Shown here: in pieces, positions 35,001-47,124 of the stretch
How the letters are laid out: the number at the start of each line of letters is the position of its first letter
Position numbering within the stretch: position 1 is the stretch's first letter
Origin: Antedon mediterranea
Taxonomy: Eukaryota; Animalia; Echinodermata
Assembly: GCF_964355755.1 (NCBI RefSeq)
Contig: NC_092677.1
Location: 22,617,175 to 22,681,174, forward strand
Reading direction: 5' to 3'
DNA length: 64,000 nucleotides
Notes under the pieces: model-generated
What the model saw: only the letters and a program-made list of their open reading frames with translations
Told to the model about the DNA's origin: nothing
Databases searched by the model: none
Translations under genes and position numbers: made by a program

Positions 35001-38000
35001 CACTATTTTCCAACGCGTTAATGAACACAACGTCTTATCACCAGTTCTTTTCTACAATTGTAGAAGCTCCGACAAAAATTATTCAGATCATACCGTTATA
35101 ACTGGGTTTTTGTTCAACATTCCAAGTACAAAGTTATTTTGATGAAGTTATCCAATTTGTGAAATGATGTGATAATCACCATCTAGTATTAAATACAAAG
35201 AAAACTAAGGTTTCCAGTTTTTGGACTTATAAATAATCTTGAATCTTGAAAAGCATATTATAGGCAATCACTTAAAACAGCATGACATAATCGGTGATAT
35301 CTCTGAATATTTAGAATCTTATCTAAATTTAATAATGATTGCCGAATTAAACAAATGCTGTGGATCAAAGAAACAATTATTTAACAACAATTTACAAATT
35401 ACATTCCTAACTAGGTCATGATAGTCCAACAACTGAAGAAGACATGTCATCGTTGACTGTAAGTGACTTGCGTTCTAGTCAAGGAGCCAATGACATTGAT
35501 GCTAAAGTGTTAGAGCAGCCAATTACTCAAACTGTAAGTAACATTTTATTGCCAATATCGATGTTGATAAATACAGTATGTGGATTTATAACTACATAAT
35601 CCTGGCAGGTGTATGTGCTATATTATGTTAGTTTAAATGTGACAGGCCTATATTGTATTAATTGTATATATTTTTTTATACCCAATACTGATTTTGAATT
35701 ATCTATTCACTCGTGCTATTTTTACAATGATTTTTATAAATTATTTATTTATCATATGGAAGTATCACTTTATTGTATCTCTCTGTACTGTACAGTGTAA
35801 CCATTGGACTATAATAATTAACATTACCAAATTGTGGGTTTTTTTTTTAAAGGTAATAAAATCAGTGAGTGCAAGTGCTCCAACAAAAAAGAGCAAAGCT
35901 GAGGAATTTGGAGAATTTCTTGCTCATGAAGAAGGTAAAAGATTGTTTTCTTCATTTTAGTTCTGGAATATTTATTGCCTGGGTGAAACCAAACTATTGG
36001 ATGCATTTTAAATTGCTTATAACAGTTACGTTAAAAAAACAATATTGCCATATTCTAAATCTGACCTTGTCTTTTAAAATTTGTATTAATTATTTAAATT
36101 GATTGCATAGTACACTAATTTCTTTATGTGCATTTGTTTCAACATTCTTTTTGCATAACGTAATAGATATTCCTGGGATTGTTTTAGAAGAAGAATTAAA
36201 ACAAGTGAAATGGGAACAGCAGCAGTTACTAGAAACTTTAAAGCAACAGCAACATCAGTTACAACAAAGTCAAGAGATGCATAAAAGGAACGAAGAAGAG
36301 ATAAGAAAAACCAGACAGTATCAGAAACAAGAAAGTTTAATGTTGGATAAAGATGACATACAAACAAAAGATGGTACAATATTAGATAATTATTTTCTTT
36401 ACACAGTTTTTATTTGTTTTTTCATTTCTGGGCTTATAGTAATACTGGATAATTGAATGTAATATATTCGATTGAGTTTATGAAAGTTTATTGAAACCAA
36501 AAATCTTGTTTCATAATTCTACATTTTGCAAATCATGTCAGACCAGGATTTTTTATCTTTTACAATTAAACAACTTCTTCTCAAAGACCTGGAATTTGGC
36601 TTTGACTCATGTGATGAAGTTAGTTTGTTTATTCCTCGTGGTTTTGTGTTGGTTGTATTTTGATGTTCCTGTTGTTTCAGAGTTTAAAAATGAAATATCT
36701 AGAATTAAAAACATTTGCGAGCAACTGCATACTGAGAATGTAGCAATCCGGAAGGTGAATGACCAGCTTCATATTGAAAACCATACTTTGAAAACAAGAT
36801 CTTCTAGAAGTAGAAAAGATGGTAAGTATAACGTCGTGAGGTGGTTTCCCGATTAATCGTATGATCAAAACTTTACAATACTTTGTTTTGTATATTCTGG
36901 TCCGCTCCATGATCTCTTTGCTGTTTTTCTTTATATCTTTAGCTCTTATTAAAAGTTTTAATAACAAATTTTATTCTATTTATATTTTTGCTTTATGTAC
37001 ATTTTTTCTCATCACAACTTGTACAATGTAATTTAGAAAACTACAACCATTTTTCAATAAACATACACATCATACAACGTACATTTCTAGCCTAACAAAA
37101 TTTTCAAAACTTTCTATTATTTAAAAGTCATAGATAGCCAGGTCTCGGGTCCATTCTATTGTCGCCACAGATTGATATCTTCATCAGTACTTCTATGAAT
37201 GGATGATTAGGTGGGAACACCAACGCTAGTTGATCATACCCAGTACCGTTTTGATCGTACGATTAATCGGGGAAACCACCTCACAACTGCAGTGTTTCAA
37301 TGGTGATACTCTAAGGCTGTGGTTCCGCAGCCATAACAAAATCAGTTTTTTAACCAATCAGATAATTAATAAAAAAAATAAAGTAAAATAATTTCATACT
37401 GTATTGTAGTTAAGACATGCAAATGAAACTTTTTATCCATTTTTTTTCCTGCATTTTTATCGTACTTTACTTACAGATTGTATCCACATTTTTTACTATC
37501 TTAAGTTTTGTGCACAAAAATTTGTGTGTATTGTATTTATTAATTTTTGTTTATATTTTATATTTATCTGTTTTGATCGCACTAATATTTGTCAATCTTT
37601 AACAAGAATTTCTATTGTTATTATGATAATGGAAAAATAAAGCATTTCAGTATTTGTCCTTCAACAAGGTCTAAAGTTAAAAATTATTGCATTTATTCGA
37701 TAATTATCTGCTTTGAATAAGATAGTTATCTTATCTTTTTTGAGCCAAATTGTTTAAACCCAGGAATTTTATCAGTTATTATCGTTTAAGTTTTGGCTGA
37801 ACATGGTCTAAATTAACAATTAATATGGTAAATTTGGTACATATAAACATTTTGAAATGTTATCAAACAAGGGCATGACTGGTTTTTAACATTGTTAACA
37901 CATGCGTGATACAACAGTATTGTTGTCAATAAAATGTAAGGTTCTATAAAAAAAGTATTTTTTTAAATGTTATACTGTATTGATTTGGTATATTTTTTAA

Positions 38001-41000
38001 ATAGAGACCGCAAGTGAACTTTTACAACAGCAAGTAGAGGACTACAAAAAAGAAATTGATCTTCATAAATTAACTATTCACAAATTAAGCATTGAATTAA
38101 GTCGATACCAGGCAAAGTACAGATCACCTGAGGTATGTAAAAATGTATATTAAATCCACATTCCCAATTTTTTTCGATCTAATTTAAGGTCACAAACTGC
38201 AGCAGCATTTTATGTAGATTTGAATACTATATGGGCTCACTGCGATAATTTTGGTTAAAATGAGAAATAGCAGCCCATAATAACTACCTACCTATTTTCG
38301 TTGCACCCATTTTCAATCGATTGTGAAATAAAAAACAAAGCTCCACATACATATGACAGTTCTCAAACTTATCGATTAGGTATTTGATGCCATTGATAGA
38401 AAAGAGTATGGTATTGGTATATTTGTGAATCTTAGAAAAGCATTTGATACAATTGATCACATCATTTTACTCAAGAAACTTGATTATTATGATGTTAGAG
38501 GTACCGCTTTAAATTGGTTTAAGAGCTATGTCTCTGGAAGACATCAATACACTATCTTTGATAATTGACGATACCAATATTTTCTTATCTCACAAAAATG
38601 TAAATACTCTGGGCGCTGTTGCGCTATTTAAATGTAAATAAAACCAATTTATGATATTTTGAAGAAAAGAAAAGTTCAGATAGATCAAGTTATGGTATTT
38701 TTGAGTTATAGAGTTGCACATCTGAATCGTAATTGTGTAAAATCAAGCATCTCCAATGAAAAGCATTACGTATAATCACCTTCACAAAGTTCAGAGACAA
38801 TCTATCGTCCTTCCGTAGACATGGACTTCTTAAAATCCAAGGTTTTATCTCTTTTATTTAAAATGGTAATCGTGATAATGTCATCATCAATTGATTTCAG
38901 TATTTTGTTATTTGTTTGTAGAAAGGGGACCCACCTGGTTTGCCTGCAAGGGGAAATAGTCCAAGATGGCTGAATGATACGCACTATTTATCACCTCTAA
39001 TCTTAGCCTATGAAGATCGTTTACAAGACAAAGACAAGACAATTTTAAAATACCAAAAAGAGCTAAAAGAAATTAAGGAGGATGTGGAGCAGGTGTTGCA
39101 TGAAAATCAGGTGTTACACCTGCAGTTAGAACAAACCCAGGAGCCATCACAAGTCACCATGATGGAATGGTAATCTTTTTAACAAATTAGAATTTTGATT
39201 AGAACTTTACTACCATATTTATTCAAATAAATGTCTCTCTAAAAAAAAAATGTGGCACATCAGTGCTCTATTGGCTGGTGGGTAAAAATGATAAACCGGA
39301 AGCGTATGTCGGTCCTAAGATGTTTAAAAACATAGTGCATGTGTTGGGTCTTGTAAAGGTGAATGTGTTTACTTTGTTATTCTCTTGTCAAAAATGGATT
39401 TCAATGAGCTTTGCTCAATTCCAATAATATGTGAAACATAATTAACAATGTTGGAGTGTAAAAAAAAATAAAAAGGGGGTACACAACCTTGTGGTACCCC
39501 TGTGCTAACTACTGCTTTATCTGAAATCATATTACCCAACTTAACATGCTGTGATTTGTTACTAAAGGAAATTTAACACCCACCTACAAATTGACAAAGG
39601 AACACCTAATTTATCATCATCTGGTTAAACAATCTGAAAGGAATCACTGTATTTAATGCCGGTCAATGAACAACAACCATTAGTTCTCGAGTTCAAGATA
39701 TTTGAAGACATTATGTAACATATATAAGACCGCATCTTCAGGAGACATTTTTGGGCGATACACACATTTTCATCTGGTTGTAGACAAGATAAAAGTTGCA
39801 TGCATAAAAGTTATTACCTTTATTTGTTAAGAGATTAGGAGATGCATGTGTGATTGAAGTTGTAACTGATATTTCCGAGATTTCCTTTTTTGTTTCTATT
39901 ACTCCATACAGCGGTATAACAACATCTACTGTATTGCATTTCTTTTTTTAAATCACATGTGTACAGCAAACATTACTGTAATAAAATTCTGTTTGGAGAT
40001 TTTACCTTATTAACTGGTCTTAAACATTATTGTGCAAACAATGTAAAGATGATTTTTGTTTGTGTATTGTCTGTAGGCATAAACTACAAGAGCAAGCAAA
40101 GTTGGTTCTTGAAGAAAACCAGTTATTAATGGAACAGATGGACATACAACAAGAGAAACAACAACATATTAATAAACGACACTCTCAAGAAGGTTTGAAA
40201 TTAAATATACTGTATTAATTTTTTTTTATTAAACCAACATTATTTCCATTATTGATTTTATTGCCCCAATTGCATAGAAATGTTTCAATTTAGCGATATT
40301 TTCTTGGGCGATACAATTTTGCTGAAATTCGAACATGTACCTTTATTATATAGGTTTTTCTACTGAAAAATACTGAACTTTGGTTGTTTTTAGTTTTGTT
40401 TATGTATACTTTGGAGATTATTGTATATTACTTTTTGTGAATTTGTGAGGTTTGCAGAATGTAAAATACAGTAATATATTCCATTGACATGTTTAATTAG
40501 TATGTAATGGCTTGACTGATGACAAAAGTGTAACCAGCCAGGATATAACCAAACAAGTTAATGTGGTGTAGGGACAACAAAATCCTTAAATCATTTACTG
40601 TATACATTCTATAGATATTTCTAACACTGGTATTGTTTAATTTGATTATTTTTTATCTGAAAAACTCCCAATATGTTTATATAAATATTTTGATACATCT
40701 TACAGTTAATAAAATGTCAAAAAGAATGGTTATGGTGGACAGAGAGAAAAATGAACTTGATTCACAGTTATCAGAACTCCGAGTAAAATACAACGCCCTC
40801 AAACATCAGCATGAGACATTAGTTGTGATAAATGAGGGCAAATTGCCATTGCAAGAACATCTTGCCACAGTTGGTGAATTACAAAAGTATGTATACAATA
40901 TTCACTTATTGACAATTGCAGTTAACACGCCATTTCTTATAGTGTTGTTAATAGCAAGGTTTTGCAACTTAACGAATACGATAACGTAAAAGGGATACGT

Positions 41001-44000
41001 CACATTTTTGTAAAACTTTAGAGCTAATCCCCATTTCATATTTGTAAAACGTATTCGTGTTGACGAATATCACCAGTCATTTTCGGAACTACAAAACGAG
41101 TATAGTTTTTGATCTATTTTGCACATTTTGCATTTGAATCCGGAATGATTCATGATTATAAGATTAAGATTTATTGAAAGTAATTTACTAAAATGGCAGG
41201 TAAATTTTGATAAATAGTTTTTAAAGTCCTCACTCGCTTTGATGTTACACTAGGCCTAGGCAGCCAAGCAACACTTACCTGCGGTTCGTTGAAATTTACC
41301 ACATTCATACTTTGGACGACGGCCTCAATATTTTGGTTCCATGTGAAACAGATTTTTACTGGTTTACGAATCCGTGTGCTTGACGTTTTTGTTATTGTAT
41401 TCAAACGTAGCGTTGCGAAACCTCTCTGTTATTAAAGGACAGCTTGACCGAGGACCGTATTTTTACAACGTATTAGAGATGTACATATGATTTCAGAACA
41501 ATCGCAAGATTAAGGATATCGCCGCTCGCCGTATAGCGGTCCCCGTAAAATGCTGTGACGTCACAGGTGCATCGCAAAATCTACTTCCAGATAAGCAAAA
41601 GAAACAATAAAAAAAATCAACATTTATTTACAAAATGTGTTTACAAGAAATTTTTGCAATTTGCCAGACTTTGCCAGAAAACTCATGACGTAAATTTTGC
41701 GATGCACCTGTAATGTCACAGAAATTTAAGGCGACGGCTGTACGGCGAGCACGTGCGGCGATATCCTTAATCTCGCGATGGTTCTGAAATCATATGTACA
41801 TCTCTAATACGTTGTTAAAATATGGTCCTCAGTCAAGTTGTTCTTTAAGTCCTTCCAATGTGCGTATAAGAAAGAAATTTCAATAGTGATGCATAGATTG
41901 TGAATATATTGCAAATTACATTAATGACCCCAGAACCCATCATAATTATGTGATTTGACCATAAATATATTTAAGCATTCCATAAATAAAATGTTGAATT
42001 ACTAAAAGCCTTGTATATAAAATACCATATTTTAACACTTTAGCTCTAAAATTAAAAGAAATATGGAGTTGAACTCACTGCCCATACACACTACACAAAA
42101 CACTAAGATGTACACAACAGTGATCACATCCAGTGCTGTAAATAAACTTATCCAAAACTGCACTATACATACAGTTTTTGTAAGAACTTTTTAACCAGGA
42201 AAGCTCTAAATGTTGGTGTTTGGATGCCACTTTGTGTATCTACAATGTTCATGATGTAGAAGAGAAAGTGTATTCAATATGCGTGCTGTCAGCTTTAGGT
42301 CATTCATTGCATTTGATATTTTTGTAGAGCAATTGAAGAATTGAAATCAAAACAGAGGTTGGAAATTGAGACCACTTCATCAAAGTTGTCTTCAATTGAA
42401 GCAGAGAAAAACAATCTTGCCATAAGAATTGCAGATGTTGAAGCTGAGAAAACTCAGATGGAAGCAGAAATTAGAGCTTTAAATAGAGCTAAGAGGTTTG
42501 CTTTAATTACTATTTCATAGATAACTCGTAGGTTACTGTGTTTCTTCTTGCAGAGAAAGAAAAAGTACATTTACTGGGCTAAACCACATATTCACATATA
42601 TTGAGTTTGGTTTTGAAATTTTGTCATCAAACTAAATTCCAGCGATTCTATAAAATCTCTAGAGGAGGTGACTTATGGGTGCACATTTGAATCTTTTTTG
42701 GGTAGGAAATTCGGATTAGGCCCAACATGGACCCATGGCAGCCAGCAGTGCAGCACCTGATCTCTTATAATAATAGTATACCAATTGTTGTAGTATATTG
42801 AATAGTGTACCAACTTCTTTAACCAACGGCTTTACGTCCCATCCGAAGGACAAAGCAATGGATACAGTTAGTATGGTACAGCTATCACATGCTAGTCTTA
42901 TATTATCCTTTTATCATCACTCTACAGTATATACAGGACCCTCTGTGATTCCAGACGGTCTCCCATCCAGAATGCAACCGGGCCCAACATTGCATAACTG
43001 TGGTTATCTGACGAGAACCGCTGTTTCAACGCTATATGGCCGTTAAAAAAAAAATGGTAAAATATTGTTTTGTTTTTTTGCAGGAAATCAGAACAAAAGG
43101 TATTGATACTACAGAAGCAGGTTGAACACTGTGAAAGTCAGGAGACCACTGCCAATCAACATCTTAATAAGGTACTTGAGATAGCAGAACAGACAGCTGC
43201 TGAAAGGGACGTCTATCACAGACTTGTAAGATTATTATTATATACATTACTAAATTATGTTGCTTACTCCTCTTTGTGACCAATTGTATTGCTCAGCATG
43301 TCAACATTAATGTTTATTTTGTATTATTTTTAGGCTAAAAGTCAGACACACGAGAAAAATAAAGCAGTTAATAAAGTATTGAAAGGGAATGTAGCTGTTG
43401 GACGAATGGAAGAAAAATTAAAGGTACTGTAATTGTTTAGATCTTTGAACAAGATGATGATGTGGATGAGCGTACTCTTTAATATCATTTTAACTCACTG
43501 TATCAGCATTTACAAAATAGGCTTTCTTCACTATTCTTTAGCCCAAACCCTACCTCTATTTCATCATAAAACTGCTTTCTTTTAAATAGATAATATAACA
43601 TTAATACACACTATTGTGCACACATTTGTACTCTTCATTCATTTGTTTTTAATTAAAAACTAATAGAACCAGATAAATAATTCAAATTCATTCAATTTTA
43701 TTTGTCCAAGAGAAACATGCCAATTGCTCAAAACATTATGATCATCAAGTGACACAATAGAAAATGGTAAAAAACATTTAAAATAATATAACAGCTACAA
43801 GATTACTCTGGTGAACAATAGTGATTTAACTGAGTTGACTAAAATGAAAACATTTTTATTTTACAGTACTATAAGTTAAAAGCAGATGAACAGTTAGGAA
43901 ACATGACACGACGCATGGAGGATGAGGTGTCAACTCATGTCAACCAGAAAGAGCAATACCACAGAGAGATCCGTCATCTTCAACAACTATTAAAGGACAA

Positions 44001-44211
44001 ACAACTTGCCTTGGATACCATGATCAATGAAAAACGACGCTTAGAAGAGGACTTGGAAACAGTGTGGGAAACGCTTAATAAAGATAACAAACATATGAAA
44101 ACATCCTTAAGATCAAAACATAATACTAAACCTTTAAAATTGGATGGACCAGCATTTGAGTACGATTCAGAAAAGGGTTTACTGAATGATTCGGGTAGTG
44201 ACGACTACTAA
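29007..44211 (+). CDS. CEP89: Centrosomal protein CEP89 (CCDC123), distal appendage coiled-coil protein, about 16-17 coding exons
   Basis: Exons approx. 29007-29054 (MAGEKQNKKEAKKTKF), 32309-32610, (33824-33877 uncertain), 34328-34523, 34851-34965, 35415-35537, 35852-35934, 36167-36372, 36680-36821, 38005-38132, 38921-39168, 40077-40191, 40705-40866, 42328-42494, 43084-43225, 43333-43422, 43867-44211. Motifs AVPRTPSP..RPPSALSTAIIGSTM and PRWLNDTHYLSPLILAYEDRLQDKD match remembered CEP89 motifs (AVPRTPPP..RPRSALAAAIL; PWL..KYLSPLLLAYED); also LQEQAKLVLEENQLLMEQ. Confidence 0.9.
30031..31026. mobile_element. Tc1/mariner-pogo-type MITE with TA TSD
   Basis: ta|ccgtatatttcggtgtataagtcacac ... gtgcgacttatacaccgaaatatacgg|ta, with internal repeats of gtataagacgcacc. 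Confidence 0.88.
30123..30296. mobile_element. Small MITE (about 174 bp) with CAGGGAAAAATTTC TIRs and a 5-bp TSD
   Basis: tgtat|cagggaaaaatttc ... gaaatttttccatg|tgtat. An inverted, interrupted copy lies at 27440-28493. Confidence 0.8.
32782..33737. mobile_element. Interspersed repeat starting tagtctgggttccag
   Basis: The same start (tagtctgggttccag..ggagttttg) recurs at 45416. GC-richer than the flanking intron; ends with an A-tract and cagacttggggcaagtcta. Confidence 0.45.
36836..37285. mobile_element. MITE immediately downstream of a CEP89 donor site
   Basis: tgaggtggtttcccgattaatcgtatgatcaaaac ... gttttgatcgtacgattaatcggggaaaccacctca. Confidence 0.75.
38330..38660 (+). mobile_element. 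Decayed CR1/L2-group LINE RT fragment
   Basis: Reads GIFVNLRKAFDTIDHIILLKKLDYYDVRGTALNWFKSY (about 38416-38530), then a DDTN remnant. Confidence 0.8.
40950..41431. mobile_element. MITE with degenerate TIRs
   Basis: taatagcaaggttttgcaac..acgaatacgataac / gttattgtattcaaacg..gttgcgaaacctctctgtta. Confidence 0.55.
41436..41844. mobile_element. Nearly fully palindromic MITE with TTAA TSD (Kolobok-like termini)
   Basis: ttaa|aggacagcttgaccgaggaccgtatttttacaacgtattagagatgtacatatgatttcagaac ... gttctgaaatcatatgtacatctctaatacgttgttaaaatatggtcctcagtcaagttgttct|ttaa. Arms are about 150 bp. Confidence 0.88.
42820..43045 (-). mobile_element. Degenerate 5S rRNA-derived SINE (SINE3) with a Deu-like core
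   Basis: Minus strand: acggccatatagcgttgaaacagcggttctcgtcagataaccacagttatgcaatgttgggcccggttg..ggatgggagaccgtctgg (5S-like), followed by gtccttcggatgggacgtaaagccg. Confidence 0.75.
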
Positions 44212-46424
44212 TGTAAAATATCGTTTATGAAAACAAATTAGTTGAAAAGAGAGAATGTTTCTTGAGTTGAAAGATTTTCTGTTTTATTTAATGAGACCGA
44301 GCTGACAGAACATTAATGATATTTTTATAACACATCACCTACTGTAAACATTATTCAATTAATCCGTTCCATCTTAAATAATGTGGAAGGATAGGCCATT
44401 GAAAAAGGTAGCTCTCTGATTTTGGCTGTGTAGTAGAGATGTTATCGATGACGTATGCTATGGGTTGGTGAACAGTAAGCAACCTCAGATGGCACAGCAT
44501 TCTAAAAATGTTTACAAAAAGCTGAATGTGCATTCAAAACCATTACATAGACTTTTTACCATCAAACTAGAACTAAAGAGCACGTGATACTAAATTAAAC
44601 AATCAGATAATAAAGATACACTCAGTTAATTAATTAATATTTCACTCTTTCTGTGTCTTTTTAAATGTAGCAGAAGGGAGGAACAACTCACAAATTAAAA
44701 ATACTGTGTGTGTATAATAAAGCAATAAATAAAATAAAATAAATTAAAAAATGACAATGCAGTGGTTAGATCTCAATGGAGATACAAATTAAATAAAACA
44801 GAAAACTAAATCAATTCAGTTAATGGAAAGATAGAAGCATGATAATTAACTATTAATATTTATTAAAATTATTATTATTATTGTTATTTTTTAGATAAAT
44901 TGTATATAAATATTCGTGTTTAATATGCATTATTGTATTTACTATGCTAAAAATTAGGTATATTGTGAGATAGTTTGTACAGTACTGTAGTAGGCCTACT
45001 ATAAGCTTAAAAACACCTTGAGTACAATATACCTTGAAAAGAGTATATATTTTGTATGTTAATAAAATCTACTGGGTAGATAAAACAAAACAAAACGAGA
45101 ATGCTTTTATATTTATTCATTACAAGCTTGTTTCATATAAATGTAACATACTCTATTTATTTTGCTTTATCTAGAAAAATCCATAAAAACTAATTTAGGC
45201 AGATATGTGAAATAATTATTTGAGTTTTTGCATAGAATTTATTAAATATTTAAGTGTGTATTACATCATATCTTATATGCAATTGTGCAATTGTATTTGT
45301 AATTTGATAAGAGCAATATGGCCTGCTAATATGTACCTAAATAATCAGGAATACAGTAGTTCTAATCAGCTCCATCGATGAGTATTGTTTCTAATATTAT
45401 ATGTGTGCAGACTAATAGTCTGGGTTCCAGATGGAGTTTTGTTTTGACCAATCACAAGCGATGGCTTATTCGCTTGTGATTGCTAACTGTCTATAACTTC
45501 GCTTGTCATTGGTTAAAACGCTTGCGTTGCGTTTACGTCCTTGCGTTACGTTCTAAACACTCGTCTGTGTAAAATTGACCATTACAATATATGTTTCGGT
45601 AAATTCGGGCCTGGTAAAAATACGTTTAATTCAGCCTAGGCCTAACCACAATAGGTCTAACATTTTAATTATAAATTATTTTTGAGTAAATTGTCTATTT
45701 TCGATGTTGCTAATAGTAATATAACTGACGTTATTCATTCAATGGTAACCACTTATCGTAACCATAACAACAACCACCATAACCATAATTTAGTTAGTTA
45801 TTATATTGTGTTTGGCTCGTTTACTCCTGCATGCTGTAAAGATATTTATCGTATCCATTGTGTTTAACCGGCTCTCATATCATTATGCATCTCTGATCAA
45901 ACGACCAATATGGAAATACAGTAATATCATATGGTAATTTGAAAATGTATAATTATATAATAGAAGACTACAACTTTTTAAATTCCAAACCTTTACTTCA
46001 CCCATGACCCATGACCTCAGACGAGAAGTTTATAGAACTTGCAATTAAGAAATCATTTAAACCGTAATTCCTTCAATTGAAAAAAATATAATAATAATAG
46101 GCCTATAGCTTATATTAGGCCTATATCAACGCTAAGGTTGTTATTTGAACTAATTGATCGTGTAAAATATTATGGTTTATTAAATATACCATAAATTATT
46201 CCTCGCTTGAAAACTCCCCCTCGAATAAACATTCCCCACCCCCAGAACATCGTTTGGAATTCCCCCACCCCCCCCCCCCCCCACACACACACCCACTAAC
46301 TAATAAACTCGCCACCACATAACGCAACTTATAAACAAGCTTAATATTTATTGTAAGTAAGATTTTGTTATTTATTAATGACGTCTATGATATTGCAATT
46401 ATACTGTATTTTAATTTAACCCGG

Positions 46425-46592
46425 TTAGATCAAGACACAACTTTGCGCTGATTACTAGCTGCATTATATTATGGGAGTAGGCCTAGTTTCCACAAATGTT
46501 TGATCCAAAAAATGACTGGGGTAATAATGTTCAGCGCATTGAGAGCTTGCTTATATGCGCTATATAAGAATGAACTATTATTATTATTATTT
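46425..46592 (+). mobile_element. SINE 3' portion with an (ATT)n tail
   Basis: tcaagacacaactttgcgctgattactag matches the SINE at 20218; ends cagcgcattgag..gcgctatataagaatgaac(tat)n. Confidence 0.65.
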
Positions 46593-47124
46593 ATAAAGAC
46601 AAAATAAATGAAATGAAATTACGTAACACATTTCCATTTGTAGCCAGTCATTGACCTCGATAATTGAATTTTTACTGTATTTTAAAATTAAATAGCGTGT
46701 TGTATTTTTTCATATTTAGGGAAAATTTATTTGATATACCAGAGATTATACATATTATTACACCCACAAAAAATAAACGTCTTCCTCGAATGACACATCC
46801 CCTAAAACCCTCCCGAATACAAATTCGGTACTAGCAAGTCAATTATCACCACTATGACCTACCTGCCAATGGTTGCAAATATATAACAAGCTGGGATCAT
46901 TTAGTTTGATTGGTATCACCAAAGATACAAATGGTAATTGTTTTGAAAAATAATATGAATTTTCGTAATCGTACATTTTCTGTAGCAATCGATTTTTTTT
47001 GTTATATTACAATATCGACTATTTATAGTCCGAGAATCATTGGACAGCGCTAACATTGTGCTAAACGTCATTGAGTAATAAGATCTCTAGTAGGAAAGAC
47101 GTCAGACTATTTACCGAATAAACT

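Noticed and set aside
46260-46293. C-run/CA tract as a regulatory G-quadruplex
   Set aside because: A simple repeat inside an apparent repeat remnant; no supporting evidence for function.
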